Assembly (NCBI RefSeq): GCF_009914755.1
Contig: NC_060930.1
DNA: 64,000 nt
Reading direction: 5' to 3' (one strand)
From: the human T2T-CHM13v2.0 reference genome, Homo sapiens
A model generated the notes under the pieces. The model was given only the letters and a program-made list of their open reading frames with translations. It did no database searches and was not told the DNA's origin. The position numbers were made by a program, and so were the translations under genes. Below, one piece after another: positions 44,041 through 64,000 of this stretch. Position 1 is the stretch's first letter; the number at the start of each line of letters is the position of its first letter.

Positions 44041-47000
44041 GGTTGGTTTGTAAGTCCAGCTGTATAGAACATTTATGAAATTATCTGGAAATTTTTGAAT
44101 ATAGACTTAATATTAGATGATTTGAAGGACTTTTTATTAATTTTGTAGGTGTTATAATGGTATTTTGGACATATAAGAAACAATTTTTATTTCTGATAGA
44201 TGCCTACTGAGTTCAAGGGAAAATAATCTCATCTATCTGCACTTTATTTTAAAATACTTCATCAGAAAAAAAAACAAGTTAATTTTTAAAAATCGAGTGC
44301 CACCAAATTTAAATCATGTGTTTAAGTATCAATGTATTTAAATCATGTCTTTAAGTCATGCGTGTGTGTGTGTGTGTGTGCATGTCTGTATATACATAGA
44401 CTATTGGTTCTGTCTCTCTGAAAAACTCTTGACTAACACAAAAGCAGTACAAAAAGTTTCTAGGGGGCAATTATATAGTTTTATAGGTTAAGTCAATTTA
44501 ACTAGATTAAGTAGCTACTAATCTCTCTTTTGTCTGTACAAATTTGTCTATCCTGGACATTTTATATAAATAAAATAAAATTTATAATCTTTTGTGTTAA
44601 TTTTATTATAATTTGAGGTATATATATAAAAATATTTGATCCTAATATTTAAGAAAAAAAATCACATTTCTGAAAGTCAGGGGATTTTGACATTATCATT
44701 TTCCTATACATGCTCATTTTTTTTTTCTGTGTAACTCCTGTGTGACAATAACTAGAGAGTCCATACATATTGTCCTAAATTTAGAGTTCAGAAGAACTAA
44801 TCAATGAGATTGAGTATTATTATAGTATGCTTGGAACATTGAGAGATACAGAAGTCTTAGGATTTCTGCATTTCAAGCCACTCCTTTCTTCTTCTGCCTC
44901 TGTTTTATGTGGACTACTGTGGTGTGATCCGCTGATACCTCACCACCTACGGTCTCAATCTTACCCCAATTTCCTGACCCATTTGATCAAGACAGGATGG
45001 AAATACATTACCTCAGTTCCAAATGCTAAGAATAGTCACTCCCACTTGTATATGGTTTTCAATGTCTCTTTGCTGTCTCTCAGTTCCTGTGTCCCAAGCG
45101 TGGCTACTTTGGTACTTTATTTCCCCATTCCCATGGGATGGCTCACCCTTCAGGAACAGGATACCACCTCAATACCTACTTCTAGCTATTGACTACATAC
45201 CCAGAATTCTTAGTTCCTCCTGAGATTGGAACTATTTGGGGGCCCCTGACTGTAGAATATAGCCAGTCCTTTTTCCTAGTGGAACTGGAAACAGCTCCAA
45301 CAGAAATGTGAATTCTAGGAAAACAACATAGATGTTTAGGAAATATAAATGAATTTACTTTTTAACTAAGTCAGATGTACTAAAGAAACAGGGCACCTAG
45401 TGTGTTTTATGGTCCATCTTTTCAGGGATAGTATTTGCATAAAAAGTACAGAAATAACAGAAGGTCATACTTGAGTAGTTAAGACCATGTTTCAGCTGCT
45501 ATTCATAATAGCTTACAACTTCTTATTCCCATTTTATTCTATGATGCCCAAACTGATCTCACTTTTTATTTATCTAGTCTCCTGATTACTTTCAAAAATA
45601 TGTGACATCCTTTAATAACTGCCAGCTGACCTTGTAAACTAAATAATAAAGTTAAAGTAAAAGATCTACACGATGTATTGCATGGTATATCCTCTCTTCC
45701 AATTCATGTAATAAGTAGGAGGTAAAGTCTTAATTGTACTTTTTAAAATTTCTTTTAAATTAGACCTTTAAAATGATATAATGATCATTATTTTAAAATT
45801 CACTGCACAATTCTGGGTCTGCTGAATTTGCTGAGTTTAGTGACTCAACATTCTTCCACATCCTGCCTCTGTTACTTGGGAGTAGGGAGGCTGTCCTGTC
45901 ACATCCAGGGTCAACTGGAACCAACTCTTGGTTGCTCACTATTCATAATAAAAATGATTAATACAGAATTTTGCTTCAGAGATCTATCAGCTTACGGAGG
46001 TAACTATTTATTCGTTAAGTAATTATATAAATACACATTTGCACAACTCCATTTCTGCTAGACATTAGGCTAAGCTCTTTGGGAATGAAAAAATTAATTA
46101 GAGGGAGAAAAGTTCCTTTCTTCAAGGACCTTAAAATATGATGGGAGTGATTAGACAATACCCTTAAATAATTAGAGTTATAAAGCTAAATATAATTAGT
46201 TTTATATTTGCTTGATGCTTGATGAACTGAAGCTAGGCTTCAGCCTCAACATTAGGACACAGCATGCTATTCAGTTCTGCTATACAGTTTTAGTGTCATT
46301 TTTACCATCACTGATCTTGTATATTATTAGTATAGATTGATCCAGTGGTTTACAACTATATCTAATTAGCATAACACTACAGTAATACAAATAAAGCATA
46401 TCATTCAAATCAATTAAGTGTTAAAAAATCATTTTAATATACAGGTAAGGATTCCATATATAACTTTGAGTATAAATTTCTGTATGTGCTTTATATGTTT
46501 AAATGCTGTCATTCAACAAAAATATAAATGCTATTTTATTAGCACAATGAAAAACTGGTGCCGATAGTTACTGATGATTAAAACTATTAAGCAAATATAT
46601 AAGCAATTATTAAAAATGGACAAAAAATGAAATGTGTGAAAATAACTTCACAGGACATATCGTAGGACAAGGAATGTTAGATAGTTTTGTAAACATATTT
46701 GAGCCAAAAACGTTTTACAAAATTACATTTTAATATAAGGCAGAATAAGATTGTGGTATTAAAATCTTATAAAAGTTGTTTGTGTATTCATATTTATAAC
46801 ATCAAAATAACCTTAAGCAATGATTTTAATTTTTAATTGTTTAGTTTCTTTTTTGGATATGAGTAACTCAAAAAGTTTTATCTAAGATTGTGTCATATCA
46901 TGTAAGGATGAATTAAAAGCTGAATGTCAACATTGCCATCTCAAAGTTTAATTTAAAAAAAACCCTCAAAATTATGTACAGTAATATCCATAATAAATTA

Positions 47001-48099
47001 TCATTATTTCAGACATAAGGAGTCTGAAGAAAAGAAAAATAGAAAAATGTATTAAAGATACCTTTTGTTCCTACTAATTGAAACTAAAAACAGATACAAG
47101 AGGAATTATTTGAGATACATTGTATTAGTTTTGAATCTATAGAGGCTAAATTTTTAAACAGAAACCTATTTAAATGTTTGCTATAGAATGGCAACCAGGA
47201 ACCATATTAAGCAGGCACTATAAAGATGGAGTGAGATTCTTTACCTTGGTGATATACAGTATATTAAAAATATAGATAAGATAAAGAAGCATAGAAACAT
47301 GCTAAATACCATCATAAGGAGAGACAGAGGATTTTAAGCTTCATGGAATATATGCTCATTTATATGAACCTACAATGTGTTCTTGTATGTTATGCAATTA
47401 GTATTATTCACAATAAAAAATAGCAAAAAATTATTTTAAAAGGAAGTATTAATTACCCTTGCTTCCACTACTATTGCACTGATTCTTAAAGACTGAAAAA
47501 CAACTAGGAAAGAGAGTTTCAAGCAGAGGACACTGTATGAAGGTAGGAAGATCATTATAACATTAGGAAACTGTAAATGTATTGTGAAGGCCAGATATGC
47601 AAAGGGTACCTGTTGTATAAATTGGTAGACCAGCTTATAAAGGTAGACAAGGGCCAGATTTTGAAGGAAATTTTAAGTGATGCCATGAAATTTGGACCTA
47701 AACTTTATAGTTTATTGGCCATAATTAAATTATTTTAGTTGAAGGAGCAGTAAGAGATACGGGTTTAGAATTATTTTTCTTTCTAAAATGAGGTCTAGGG
47801 TCTAGATTTCATAAATTTTAGTTCAATGCTTTGCTCAAATATGTAGTTCATGGGAGAGATATAGATTGAGAGTATAAATTTGAGAGCTTAAATACTACAT
47901 ATATTTGAAGCAATGAGACTGAAAGAGATGACCAAAGGAGAGAAAAACAATGAGGTCTGCAAAATAAGTCCTGGTTACTCCAACATCGTAAGGTAAGGAA
48001 AAAAAAAAAAAGACTCAACAGAGAAGGAGATTAATAGTCTTGGAAATTATGGCTATTTTCCTTCAATATGGGCATAATGAAATTTTAAATATGATTGTA

Positions 48100-49140
48100 G
48101 ATTTTTTATTGAGGTAAAACCATTTAACATGAGATCTACCCTTTAAAAAAATTTATTGTTGTAGATTTAATTCTTCCCAACCTTTATTTACCTTGAATAT
48201 GCTTCTACCATTATTTGACAAGTGAATGTCTTCAATCTGACTTTTTAAAAAAACATCTTTTGGGATGTTAAAAATGAACATCATTTTCTGTATTCTTTAG
48301 ATATATCTTTACAGATTTGTTTTCTTCAACTTTTATTTTAAGTTCTGGGGTATATGTTCAGGATGTGCCCTTTTGTTACATAGGTAAAGGTGTGACATGG
48401 CGGTTTGCTGCACGGATCAATCCATCACCTAAGTATTATGTCCAGAATCCATTAGCTATTCTTCCTGATCCTCTCCCTCCCCTCATACCCCCTGACAGGT
48501 TCCAGTGTGTGTTGTTCCCCTCCATGTGTCCATGTGTTCTCGTTGTTCATCTCCCACTTATAAGCACTTATAAGTGAGAATATGTGGTATTTGGTTTTCT
48601 TTTCCTGTGTTAGTTTGCTGAGGATAATGGCTTCCAGCTCCATCCGTGTCCCTGCAAAAGACATGATCTTGTTTTTTTTTTTACAGCTGCATAGTATTCC
48701 ATGGTGTATATGTACCACATTTTCTTCATTGATGGGCATTTGGATTGATTCCATGTCTTTGCTATTGTGAATTGTGCTGCAATGAACATATGCATGCATG
48801 TATCTTTAAAATAGAATTCCTTATATTCCTTTGGGTAAATACCTAATAATGGGATTTCTGGGTCAAATGGTATTTCTGCTTCTAGATCTTTCAGGAATCA
48901 CCACACTGTCTTCCACAATGGTTGAACTGATTTACACTCCCAACAGTGTAAAAGCATTTTTTTCCACAACCTCACCAGCGTCTGTTGTTTCTTGACTTTT
49001 AATAATCTCCATTCTGACTGGCATGAGATCTACCCTTTTAACACATTTTCCAGTGCACAATATAGTGTTGTTAACTATAAGCACAATGTTGTATAGCAGC
49101 TCTCTAGAACTTATTCATCGTGTATAACTGAAATTTTGCC
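48100..49140 (-). mobile_element. L1MA8/9-like 3' end, split into 48100-48150 and 49022-49140 by a younger insertion
   Basis: AACATGAGATCTACCC...GTGCACAATATAGTGTTGTTAACTATAAGCACAATGTTGTATAGCAGCTCTCTAGAACTTATTCATC is the antisense L1MA 3' UTR end. Confidence 0.75.
48317..49021 (-). mobile_element. 5'-truncated older L1PA (L1PA10-13-like)
   Basis: Antisense L1PA 3' UTR (CAACTTTTATTTTAAGTTCTGGGGTA) and ORF2 end (MSFAGTRMELEAIILSKLTQE). Confidence 0.88.
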
Positions 49141-49757
49141 ATTCGGTAGATGTAATGACTTTATTCAACTATTGCTCAGGGTCCTTCGGCAAAATTTGGG
49201 TTCACGTGCATCTCCTCAATAATAATACAGTTCATATTAGTATCTACATACACGGTATAATTTAAAGACAGAGGGCTACTACTTTCTTCTAACTCTAACT
49301 GTGGCTGGAATAGTGATGTTATCCTTGTTGTCATCAAGTACATAGTGGGTAGCCTCAAGACCAACCACATGTTTGTCATAATCCTTGATGATCTCAGATT
49401 GTTCTGGATTTATCTAATTATCTTGTTTACTTTTTCTAATTTTAAGCTTATGCTTCAGGCTTTCTGATTTTAACCACTTTGAACCACAAATCCATGTTTT
49501 CTTTGGTTCCAAGTGTTTTATATATGTGATATATATATATATATATATAAAACACACACACACATATTCTTTAGGCAACTAAAGAATATTTCTAAGATCA
49601 TGAAGAAAACCAGAATTTTTATTATTTGGGGTGATTTTGTTACTTGCGGTGAGAAATAGAATTAAATGCATTGTCATAGTTATAAATAAAACAATTTATG
49701 GAGAGCAGAAAGTTGTAGTAATTTGTGAGAGCTATTTTTTTTTCTTATAAAAAATTA

Positions 49758-49927
49758 AGCTGGGTGTGATGGCATACGCCTGTAGTCCCAGCTACTCAGG
49801 AAGCTGAGGCAAGAGGATTGCTTCAGGCCAGGAGTTTAAGGCTACAGTGGGTTATGATAATTATGCCTGTGTATAGCCCTTGCACACCAGCCTGGGCAAC
49901 ATGGCAAGACCCCAGCTCTTGAAAAAA
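49758..49927 (+). mobile_element. FAM (fossil Alu monomer)
   Basis: Single Alu-like arm retaining the 7SL-derived GCCTGTGTATAGCC segment, followed by an A tail. Confidence 0.8.
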
Positions 49928-49989
49928 TAATTAAGTAAAAAAATTACTCAAAACTAACAAATCTCATCCACTGATTCCTACAGTGGTGC

Positions 49990-50262
49990 TTTGTTTCCCT
50001 CCCTCCTTCTCTCCTTCCCACTCTCTTTCTCTCTCACCTTCCTTCCTTTCCTTCCTCTTTCCTTTTGTTTTTCAGCTCACTTTCTTTCTCTCTCTCCTTC
50101 CTTCCTTTCTTCCTTTCTTTTTCTTTCTTTCTTTTCTTTCTTCTTTCTTTTTCTTTCCTTCTCTTTCTTTTCTTTCTTTCTCTCTTTTTCTTTTCTTTTC
50201 TTTCTTTCTTTCTCTTTCTTTCTTTCTCTCTTTTCCTCTCTCCTTCCCTCTCTCTTTCTCTC
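49990..50262. repeat. Polypyrimidine (CT/CTTT/CCTT) low-complexity tract
   Basis: About 270 bp made almost entirely of C/T. Confidence 0.95.
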
Positions 50263-50522
50263 ATATATATGAGTGATGAAGTATACATAGCACTGAAGTG
50301 TATATATATACACATATCTATATACTTTACATCATGAAGTATATATATATGAGTGATGAAGTATATATATACTTGGTTATATACTTAGAAGATATAATGA
50401 ATTTTATCAAGTTGTGGTATTAGCTAACATTTTGTTGCCTAGTACATTATTTATTAGGTATTACACATGTCTAATAAATAGTGTTTCTGATTTCTTGAGT
50501 CTAGATTGTCTTCTTGATTGAA

Positions 50523-50610
50523 CCCCTCCTCCTCCTCCTCCTCCTCCCCCTCCTCCTCCCCCTCCTCCTCCCCCTCCTCCTCCTCCTTCTTCTTCTTCTT
50601 CTTCTTCTTC
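50523..50610. repeat. (CCT)n-(CTT)n compound trinucleotide repeat
   Basis: Direct reading. Confidence 0.95.
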
Positions 50611-51039
50611 ATTTTTTTGTGCATTGGCTCTTTCAGTCCAAGTCTACAGTTCTATTATTTTATTCCCTTATGATTCATAGTTTTTAGTCACGGATGTTCT
50701 AAAAACTTATTTTTCTTTTTTGTCAGCTTGCATTGGGCTCTCCACACTCCCCAACTTTTGTAATAAAGCCTAAGTGCCTTAACTCACTGGTAATTGCAGA
50801 CTTTTGGAAACAGTGATAGATAAAATCACAAAACAGACATGCTATGCTTGAGTTTAAGTAAAAAAGTTAACTGGGAAAGTACTTTTTATTTACCTTAAAG
50901 CAGTATCCAAAATAGAAGAACTGTATTTTTCTTCATAATTCTTCTGTTTTAAACTCATTAGTTTGAAGCATAGTGTTTTGTACTTTAAATCAATTCATTA
51001 TGTGTTAATACTTTCCCAATGTGTGGTTAAGGACAACTG

Positions 51040-51750
51040 ACTATTCGATTTCTCTTTCCTCATTGCTGGCTCTTTCGCACTAGCTTTTGCTGATACCTCT
51101 TCTCTCTGACCTCTACATTTTACAGTGTTCTAGTCTCAGTCCTTTTGCTCTCTTCTCTGCTGTCTTCATTTGCTATTTTGTCTCATCTAGTCTCATGGTT
51201 TTAAACATCCTATATATGCTAACAAATCCCAATAATTTATCTTCAGCATAGTCTCTGTCCTAAACTGGATTTTATATTCAACTGCCCATTTATAATCTTC
51301 CCTGAATTTCAACAGGCATTTAAACCCAATAATGAGCTTCTGATTTTTTCCTCATAAAACCAGTCCCACTCTTTCCTTTCTTAGTATGCATTGACTCAAT
51401 CCTCCCAAGTTACAGTCCAAAAAATACCTTGGGATTCACTCTTGATTCCTCTTTTTCACACTTTGCAGTCTATCCACCTGCAAATCTCTTCAGCTCTATA
51501 TTAAATATTGTGTATGTTATACTCTAGTGTTTTCTCATCTCTTCCACTATTTCCACTTTCATCTCCTACCTGGATTACCACTATAATCTCTAAGCAGGTC
51601 TCCTGGCTTATACTCTTGCCTTTCTACTACTGATAATTAACAAAAGTGCTACAGTGAAGCTTTCAAAAATGATATCATATAGTGCCATTTCTCTACTCAA
51701 AATTGTCACATGGCTCACTATTTCACTGAAGTCCTACAATGGCCTATAAA
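51040..51750 (+). mobile_element. L2 LINE fragment
   Basis: L2 body motifs (CTCATGGTTTTAAACATC..TATATGCTAA, CATCTCCTACCTGGATTAC). Confidence 0.65.
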
Positions 51751-51930
51751 ATCCTTAGCTGCATCTTCATGTCTTAGTATTTACATCATAACCTAAAAGT
51801 GATGAAGTTTTAAAATAAGATGTGTAGCTGGGGGCATATTGCACAAATACCCTCCAGCATTATATGTAGGTAGGCAAGATGAATATATGTATAATTATAT
51901 AATTAATATAATTTTAAAATATAAAAATCT

Positions 51931-51992
51931 TATTGGCTAAGTTTTATGTGAACTAATACATATTGGCTAAGTTTTATGTGAAATAATACATA
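51931..51992. repeat. 30-bp tandem duplication
   Basis: TATTGGCTAAGTTTTATGTGAA(C/A)TAATACA twice, with one mismatch. Confidence 0.9.
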
Positions 51993-52834
51993 TCATTTTT
52001 ATTACTTAGCTTTTGTTTATTTGAAATTTTATGCTGTTTTGTGTCAGCTCTTTAAAATAGGATTTTTTTCACCTTCAGGCTCTATCAGTAGTTGCATAAT
52101 TTAACCCGGATAAGCAGCCCCTTTTTCTTCTTCCTTTGTCCAAATTATTCATATAATTAGAATAGTGATTAATATATCTCCTGAATTTCTCAGATTGGAT
52201 AGAAATTTGAAATCCATCAAAATATTTTCAACTTCATTTTTACTGGCATAATTTTCTCTTGGTAATATAACTTAGATAAAACAATACAGATCTTCAGCAA
52301 CCTCCTAAAAGCCATCAGCATCTTTCTATAAAAATCTGTAATTCCGGGGTCGTTTTCTGTTTAATGTTGTCTAAGTAAGTGACTAAGTGAATCACTTCCC
52401 TTCTCAGAAATAGTAGTGGTTTCTAATTCTCTATTATCTCAAATACAAAGCCTTTAAATTAATGCACTAAAGACCACCATCAGTTGATTTTTCTCTTTGA
52501 ACTACCCTATTTACCTTTTAACTTTCAACTCAGATTTTCTAGTATGTGTAGGGAAAGCCATCCATCCTACTTTCTGTTCCTTGCACACAAAACAATTCTC
52601 CTCAGCATTTAAATTCATCTAAGTGTTCAGCACTGCACCTAGAGTGAAATCCAAGCTTATGTTTTAGTTATAGAGCTCCTCAGGATCCATGAGTGCCTAC
52701 TCTCCTTCTTAAGTTTTGACTAGCCTACCCATTACAGGCTTTCTCTTCCTCAAAATATGCCACAATCATTTCCCCCTTTAGTTTTGCCTTAGCATTCTCT
52801 TTGTCTGGAATATCATTCCCTAATCTTAACAGCA

Positions 52835-53108
52835 CTAGTAGATAATAGTTATTTAGCAGACACTATTTGCCAGACATGCTTATAAATTTTATATATATAT
52901 ATATACGTCTAAATATATGCTTCTAAATTTTATATATAACTTCTAGCAGCCTGGATAGATAATATTGTTTTGATTTCACAAATAAAAAATAATAAACTGA
53001 GGCATAGATACCTAAGCATCTTTCCAAAGATATACATTTGGTACAGATTTGGGAGTGGAATTCAAGTAGATGCTTCAAACCTGGGAATTTAACTAATACA
53101 CCATACTG
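52835..53108 (-). mobile_element. MIR SINE with (TA)n
   Basis: AAACTGAGGCATAGA core in antisense orientation. Confidence 0.6.
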
Positions 53109-53370
53109 TGTGATATTCACATGCCTGGCAACACCATTGATATCACATTCTCCTAAATATAGTTTCTGCCACTAGGAACCTTAGAAAAAAATCTTTATTT
53201 CTATGAAGTCCATTTTTACCTGTATTGAATTTATGAATCTAAATGTTGCCAAAGACTTTACTATATCTTACATTTTGGTTAATAATAATGTTAACTTTTT
53301 CATTTTTAGCTATTGCCAACTTTATTTTGTATTGAATTATTTCTAGTGGTTAAAGCGTGCTTTGGATTCA

Positions 53371-58909
<5,539 letters not shown>

Positions 58910-59016
58910 AAAAATATAGAATGCTTCATGAATTTGTGTGTCATCTTTGTGTAGGGGCCATGGTAATCTTCTCTGTATCATCACAATTTTAGTATATTTG
59001 CTGCTGAAGTGAGTAG
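58910..59016 (-). pseudogene. RNU6: U6 snRNA retropseudogene (full length), 5' part of a U6-L1 chimera
   Basis: Ungapped manual alignment to human U6 (107 nt) gives 16 mismatches, including decay of all 7 CpGs. The ACAGAGA box is retained, the AGC triad is mutated to ACC, and it ends in 5 T's directly joined to L1. Confidence 0.95.
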
Positions 59017-62000
59017 TACTTTGAATTTAATAAAGACAAATCCTGGGCAAAGACCCTTGGCCAGGTAACCCTAAAGAAGCTTCAAGGATGATAAGCTCAA
59101 CATACCAGGTCAATTCTATGAGACTGAAAATGTTGTTTCATCTAACTTCTACAAATTTTTCAAAATAAGAATGGAATATTGTGAGGTTTTTAAGAATTAC
59201 TTAGTTCATATTATTTTATATTAAATAATGCATTGAACATTAAATATTTTATCCTTTCTAAGTTAGTATCATTTCCTTCACAAAGCTTCAAAAATACATT
59301 TAAGTTAAAGAGATTTTTGTTCTTCAAATTACTTAGGGGTATTATGTCTCTTCCAATTTTACACAAGTAGATTTTGATAAAGTGACATTGTATTATTGTA
59401 GCAATAATAAAAATAAAAAACAATAACATGAAGTTTTAGAAAAGCACCAGTGCAAATATATGTGAACTATTATTGAAAAACCAATAGGAAAAGGTCAATA
59501 ACTGAGGAATCAATTTCATGTGGAATAATGTGAAATGCAAAAGGAATCAAGACTTGGATGCGATTTCACTGATTTTTATCATAAGGGCTTCTCTTATTAG
59601 ATGTTTTAAGAGAAAGAGTCAAGCTTATCCAATAATCCGTTATGTAAACTTAAATTTAAAAGAACACACTTTTGGAGATATAATTAAATATTACCACTTA
59701 ACTAACATAACCACTTTATTGAATTTCCAAACTTGAGGTGCAAGCATGAAGCATTATTCTTTCCCCTGTAATCTTTACCTTTGACTATGGCATGGAGACT
59801 CTTCATTTTCCATCTTTCAATTACACCTTGAGAGGATCCCGTAGCTTTATCGTCATTTAAAGGCATGAAACAATCTAATCCAATTCTGGTTTATCCAGCT
59901 TAAAGTTTCAAACTCATATCCCTTTTTTCCTAAATTCAAACCTGACTTTGGCCCAAAAGCCACTTGTAGGTAGCAGTGAGGGCTGTTCTTTCTTTCATCC
60001 TTCCCTTCCCCTTCTGGGTCCATCTTTATCCAGGCATAGAGAAAAGTAGTTCAGAGAGAGAGCACACTCCCTTCTCTATTGATTTTTCTTTCCCTCCTTC
60101 TTAAGCCCTCTTTGTGGCATGTGTTTAAATAGTGGCATTTTACATGTGTCATGGGTTGGTTCTTTAGAGACACCTTTGATAAATTCTTTATCATTTGCAA
60201 ATAAGGAAGATTATTTTCTGGCTTTACGTCTTTTGAAGAATTTCTTAGATGGACTCTTCTCTGGCTCCTCATCCTTACACACTTGCCAGGATCTCTTGAT
60301 AGAATACCAAGCAGACATCTAAAGCACAGTTACTTCCTTATTGTCCACTGGGCCATGATGAGGCACAAATCTACTGCCACCCAAAGAAATGAGAGTGCAC
60401 TGGCCTCACTGCAGCTCTTTCCATACACAACCCTCTCTCTCCACTCTGCCATATACCTCAAGTTTTCTACCCTCCCTAAACCCCTCCCCTGCTTCAAATG
60501 TACAAGTGCAGATTAGCAACTCTGTTGTATAAACAGATATCTAATCAGTAAATTAGATAACTGTTTTCATTGTAACCAAATTATGCATGTATATAGTTCC
60601 AATATATGTCCTGAGATATCGCTAATCTTTTCTTTACATGTGGTGGTGGAGACTACAGTTAGGGTAGAATAGAGTTCTGCTGCTGTTTAGTATGTCTTGT
60701 ACAAATGCATCTGGTGGTTTTTTTTTTTTTTTTGTAATCTGACTCAAATGTTCTTTTTGGCTGTTAAGACATTTTGGAATTAATTTATCATTTCTGATAT
60801 ACTATTCCCTAGCATCCAAACTTTCTGTTACTAGAAGGGTGTGGACAAACTGTCCTCATATTGATCCCTTGCCTAAAACAGAGAAGTTCATTTAACATTA
60901 AATTTTATCAACTGAACAATGAGATAAGAATTTCATTCAATTCTTCAATTAAGTTTTACTTTAAAAAAATAGGACCAGGATGGATATTGAAGTTGTTACT
61001 GTTATTGATAAAATCTTTTAATGTTTTTTGTCTTTTCTCCCCCTTGCCCCCATTGTACAGCTGATCCCTCTCTTTCAAGATTGGCTATTTTTCCTATTTA
61101 ACACCTCTTACTCTGCCTAAACGACTTATTTCCATACTGGGAAATAAGTTTTCAAAACATACTTGGAACATTCCTTTTTTTCTCCCCTCAGATGACAGTC
61201 AGTGATGGATGACAGATGTTACTTATAAGACTTCAGAAAATAAAGATAGATTGAAACGAGGTTTAGCGAATTAACATAAAAGAATGCATATCTATTGCTT
61301 CAAAATTATTAAAGATCTTTTGAAAAAGTTGCATTGCACTCAAAATTTTGTAAGAAACCTAAAAAAATTATTTGTGAGCATTTTATTCTTTTCCTTAAGT
61401 TATCTCTATTTGCTCACTCTTTATTATTATAAATAAAAGTTATTTTTGTTAGTGATTATTTTAAGCATATCACCTATTAATTAAATATTAGAACTCATAT
61501 CATTTATTTCACATTTGATATAAATTTTCAGTTAAGCATTTGGTTAAGAACATATACATGATTCACCAATCGCTCATATATTTTGTATGAATTAGTAAAA
61601 GTCTTATATTTTGTACAAAGGTGAAAAGCCAGAAAACTTTCAGAATTTAAAACTGCTATTTCCACTTGGATTCAAATTTTGAGGAACAAATAATGTGCAA
61701 AATTTGTTGAGCTTAAAATATTAGTAATTTTTATTACAACTTTGAATGATAAGTACAACTGCTTACCTGAAAGTTATAAGAAGATCTGGCAGATCTGAAC
61801 AGGGATGTTTTTGCCCCCCAAAAATGTGTATTTTGGGAAGTAAAATGGAGTTGAACTTCAGTGTCTGTAAGTAAACATGTTATGTATTCTTAATATAAAA
61901 TATTTAGGGATTTCTTATTAACAAATTCAACATGATTATTTCTGAGTAGAGAAACAACTTACATTTTAGTGGAGTGTTTACAAAATGAATTTTGAAACTG

Positions 62001-62059
62001 CTGTGATCTACTGATACAAAGTAAAGACAATAAGGAAAATCAAGCAAGTATTACATACT

Positions 62060-62205
62060 TTCCATACACTATCTCATTTAACTCATTACTCATCTTTCTG
62101 AATTGACACAGAAAATTTAGACAACTCATCCAAAATCATAGAGTTAGTAAACTGAAAGACCAGGGTCTGTTTTCCAATTCAGTCCTTTTCCCGATAGGCC
62201 ACATG
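62060..62205 (-). mobile_element. MIR SINE (degraded)
   Basis: ATCTCATTTAACTC..., CCAAAATCATAGAGTTAGTAA motifs. Confidence 0.5.
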
Positions 62206-62446
62206 GCTTTCTGGAAAGTAGGATATTGCTTACAGAGTTAGGCAGAAGGGAATTCTGAAAGAAGTTACTTTCTGGGCTCCATGTGGACAGTGCCTTAGAA
62301 CCTCACAGCACGGGTTTTTGGGTGGCAGAGGGCAGGGAAAGATCAGTGAAAATATATATTTCAAGGTTAAATGTGTTTGAATCTTTTGTCAAGTTATTGC
62401 CTTATAATTCTTCAATGGAGCTTTAAAAATTTTTGTTTAAGTGAGA

Positions 62447-64000
<1,554 letters not shown>

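Noticed and set aside
44827-45192. 121-aa ORF
   Set aside because: No recognisable domain or exon structure; likely chance or an old LTR relic.
49983-50337. F/S/L-rich and K/R/E-rich ORFs
   Set aside because: Artefacts of the polypyrimidine tract.
58910-59016. Functional U6 snRNA gene
   Set aside because: Sixteen substitutions including the catalytic AGC triad, no evident upstream PSE/TATA promoter, and it is fused to L1.

Overview
This is AT-rich human genomic DNA; an AluYa5 with all five diagnostic positions marks it as human. It is intergenic or deep-intronic and dominated by transposable elements: nine Alu/Alu-monomer copies, several LINE-1s (including a near full-length inactive L1PA7-like element), L2/MIR relics, ERV1/ERVL/MaLR LTRs and hAT/Tigger DNA-transposon relics. 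I found no host protein-coding gene, tRNA, rRNA or CRISPR array. The ORF track is explained by L1 ORF1/ORF2 remnants, Alu/LTR/microsatellite artefacts and a hAT transposase fragment. The most notable structure is a full-length U6 snRNA copy fused to the 5' end of a ~4.5-kb old L1MA-type element on the minus strand, with the junction inside ORF1. The whole unit is bracketed by a diverged target-site duplication (TSD) and was later invaded in the opposite orientation by a younger L1PA. Other points of interest are a candidate L1 3' transduction, a three-layer L1ME/Tigger3a/L1PA7 nest, two very young Alus and a homeodomain-motif-rich candidate enhancer. I cannot support a wholly new biological system: these are unusual instances of known classes. 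Repeat subfamily names come from remembered consensus sequences, not a RepeatMasker run, and boundaries of old repeats are approximate.
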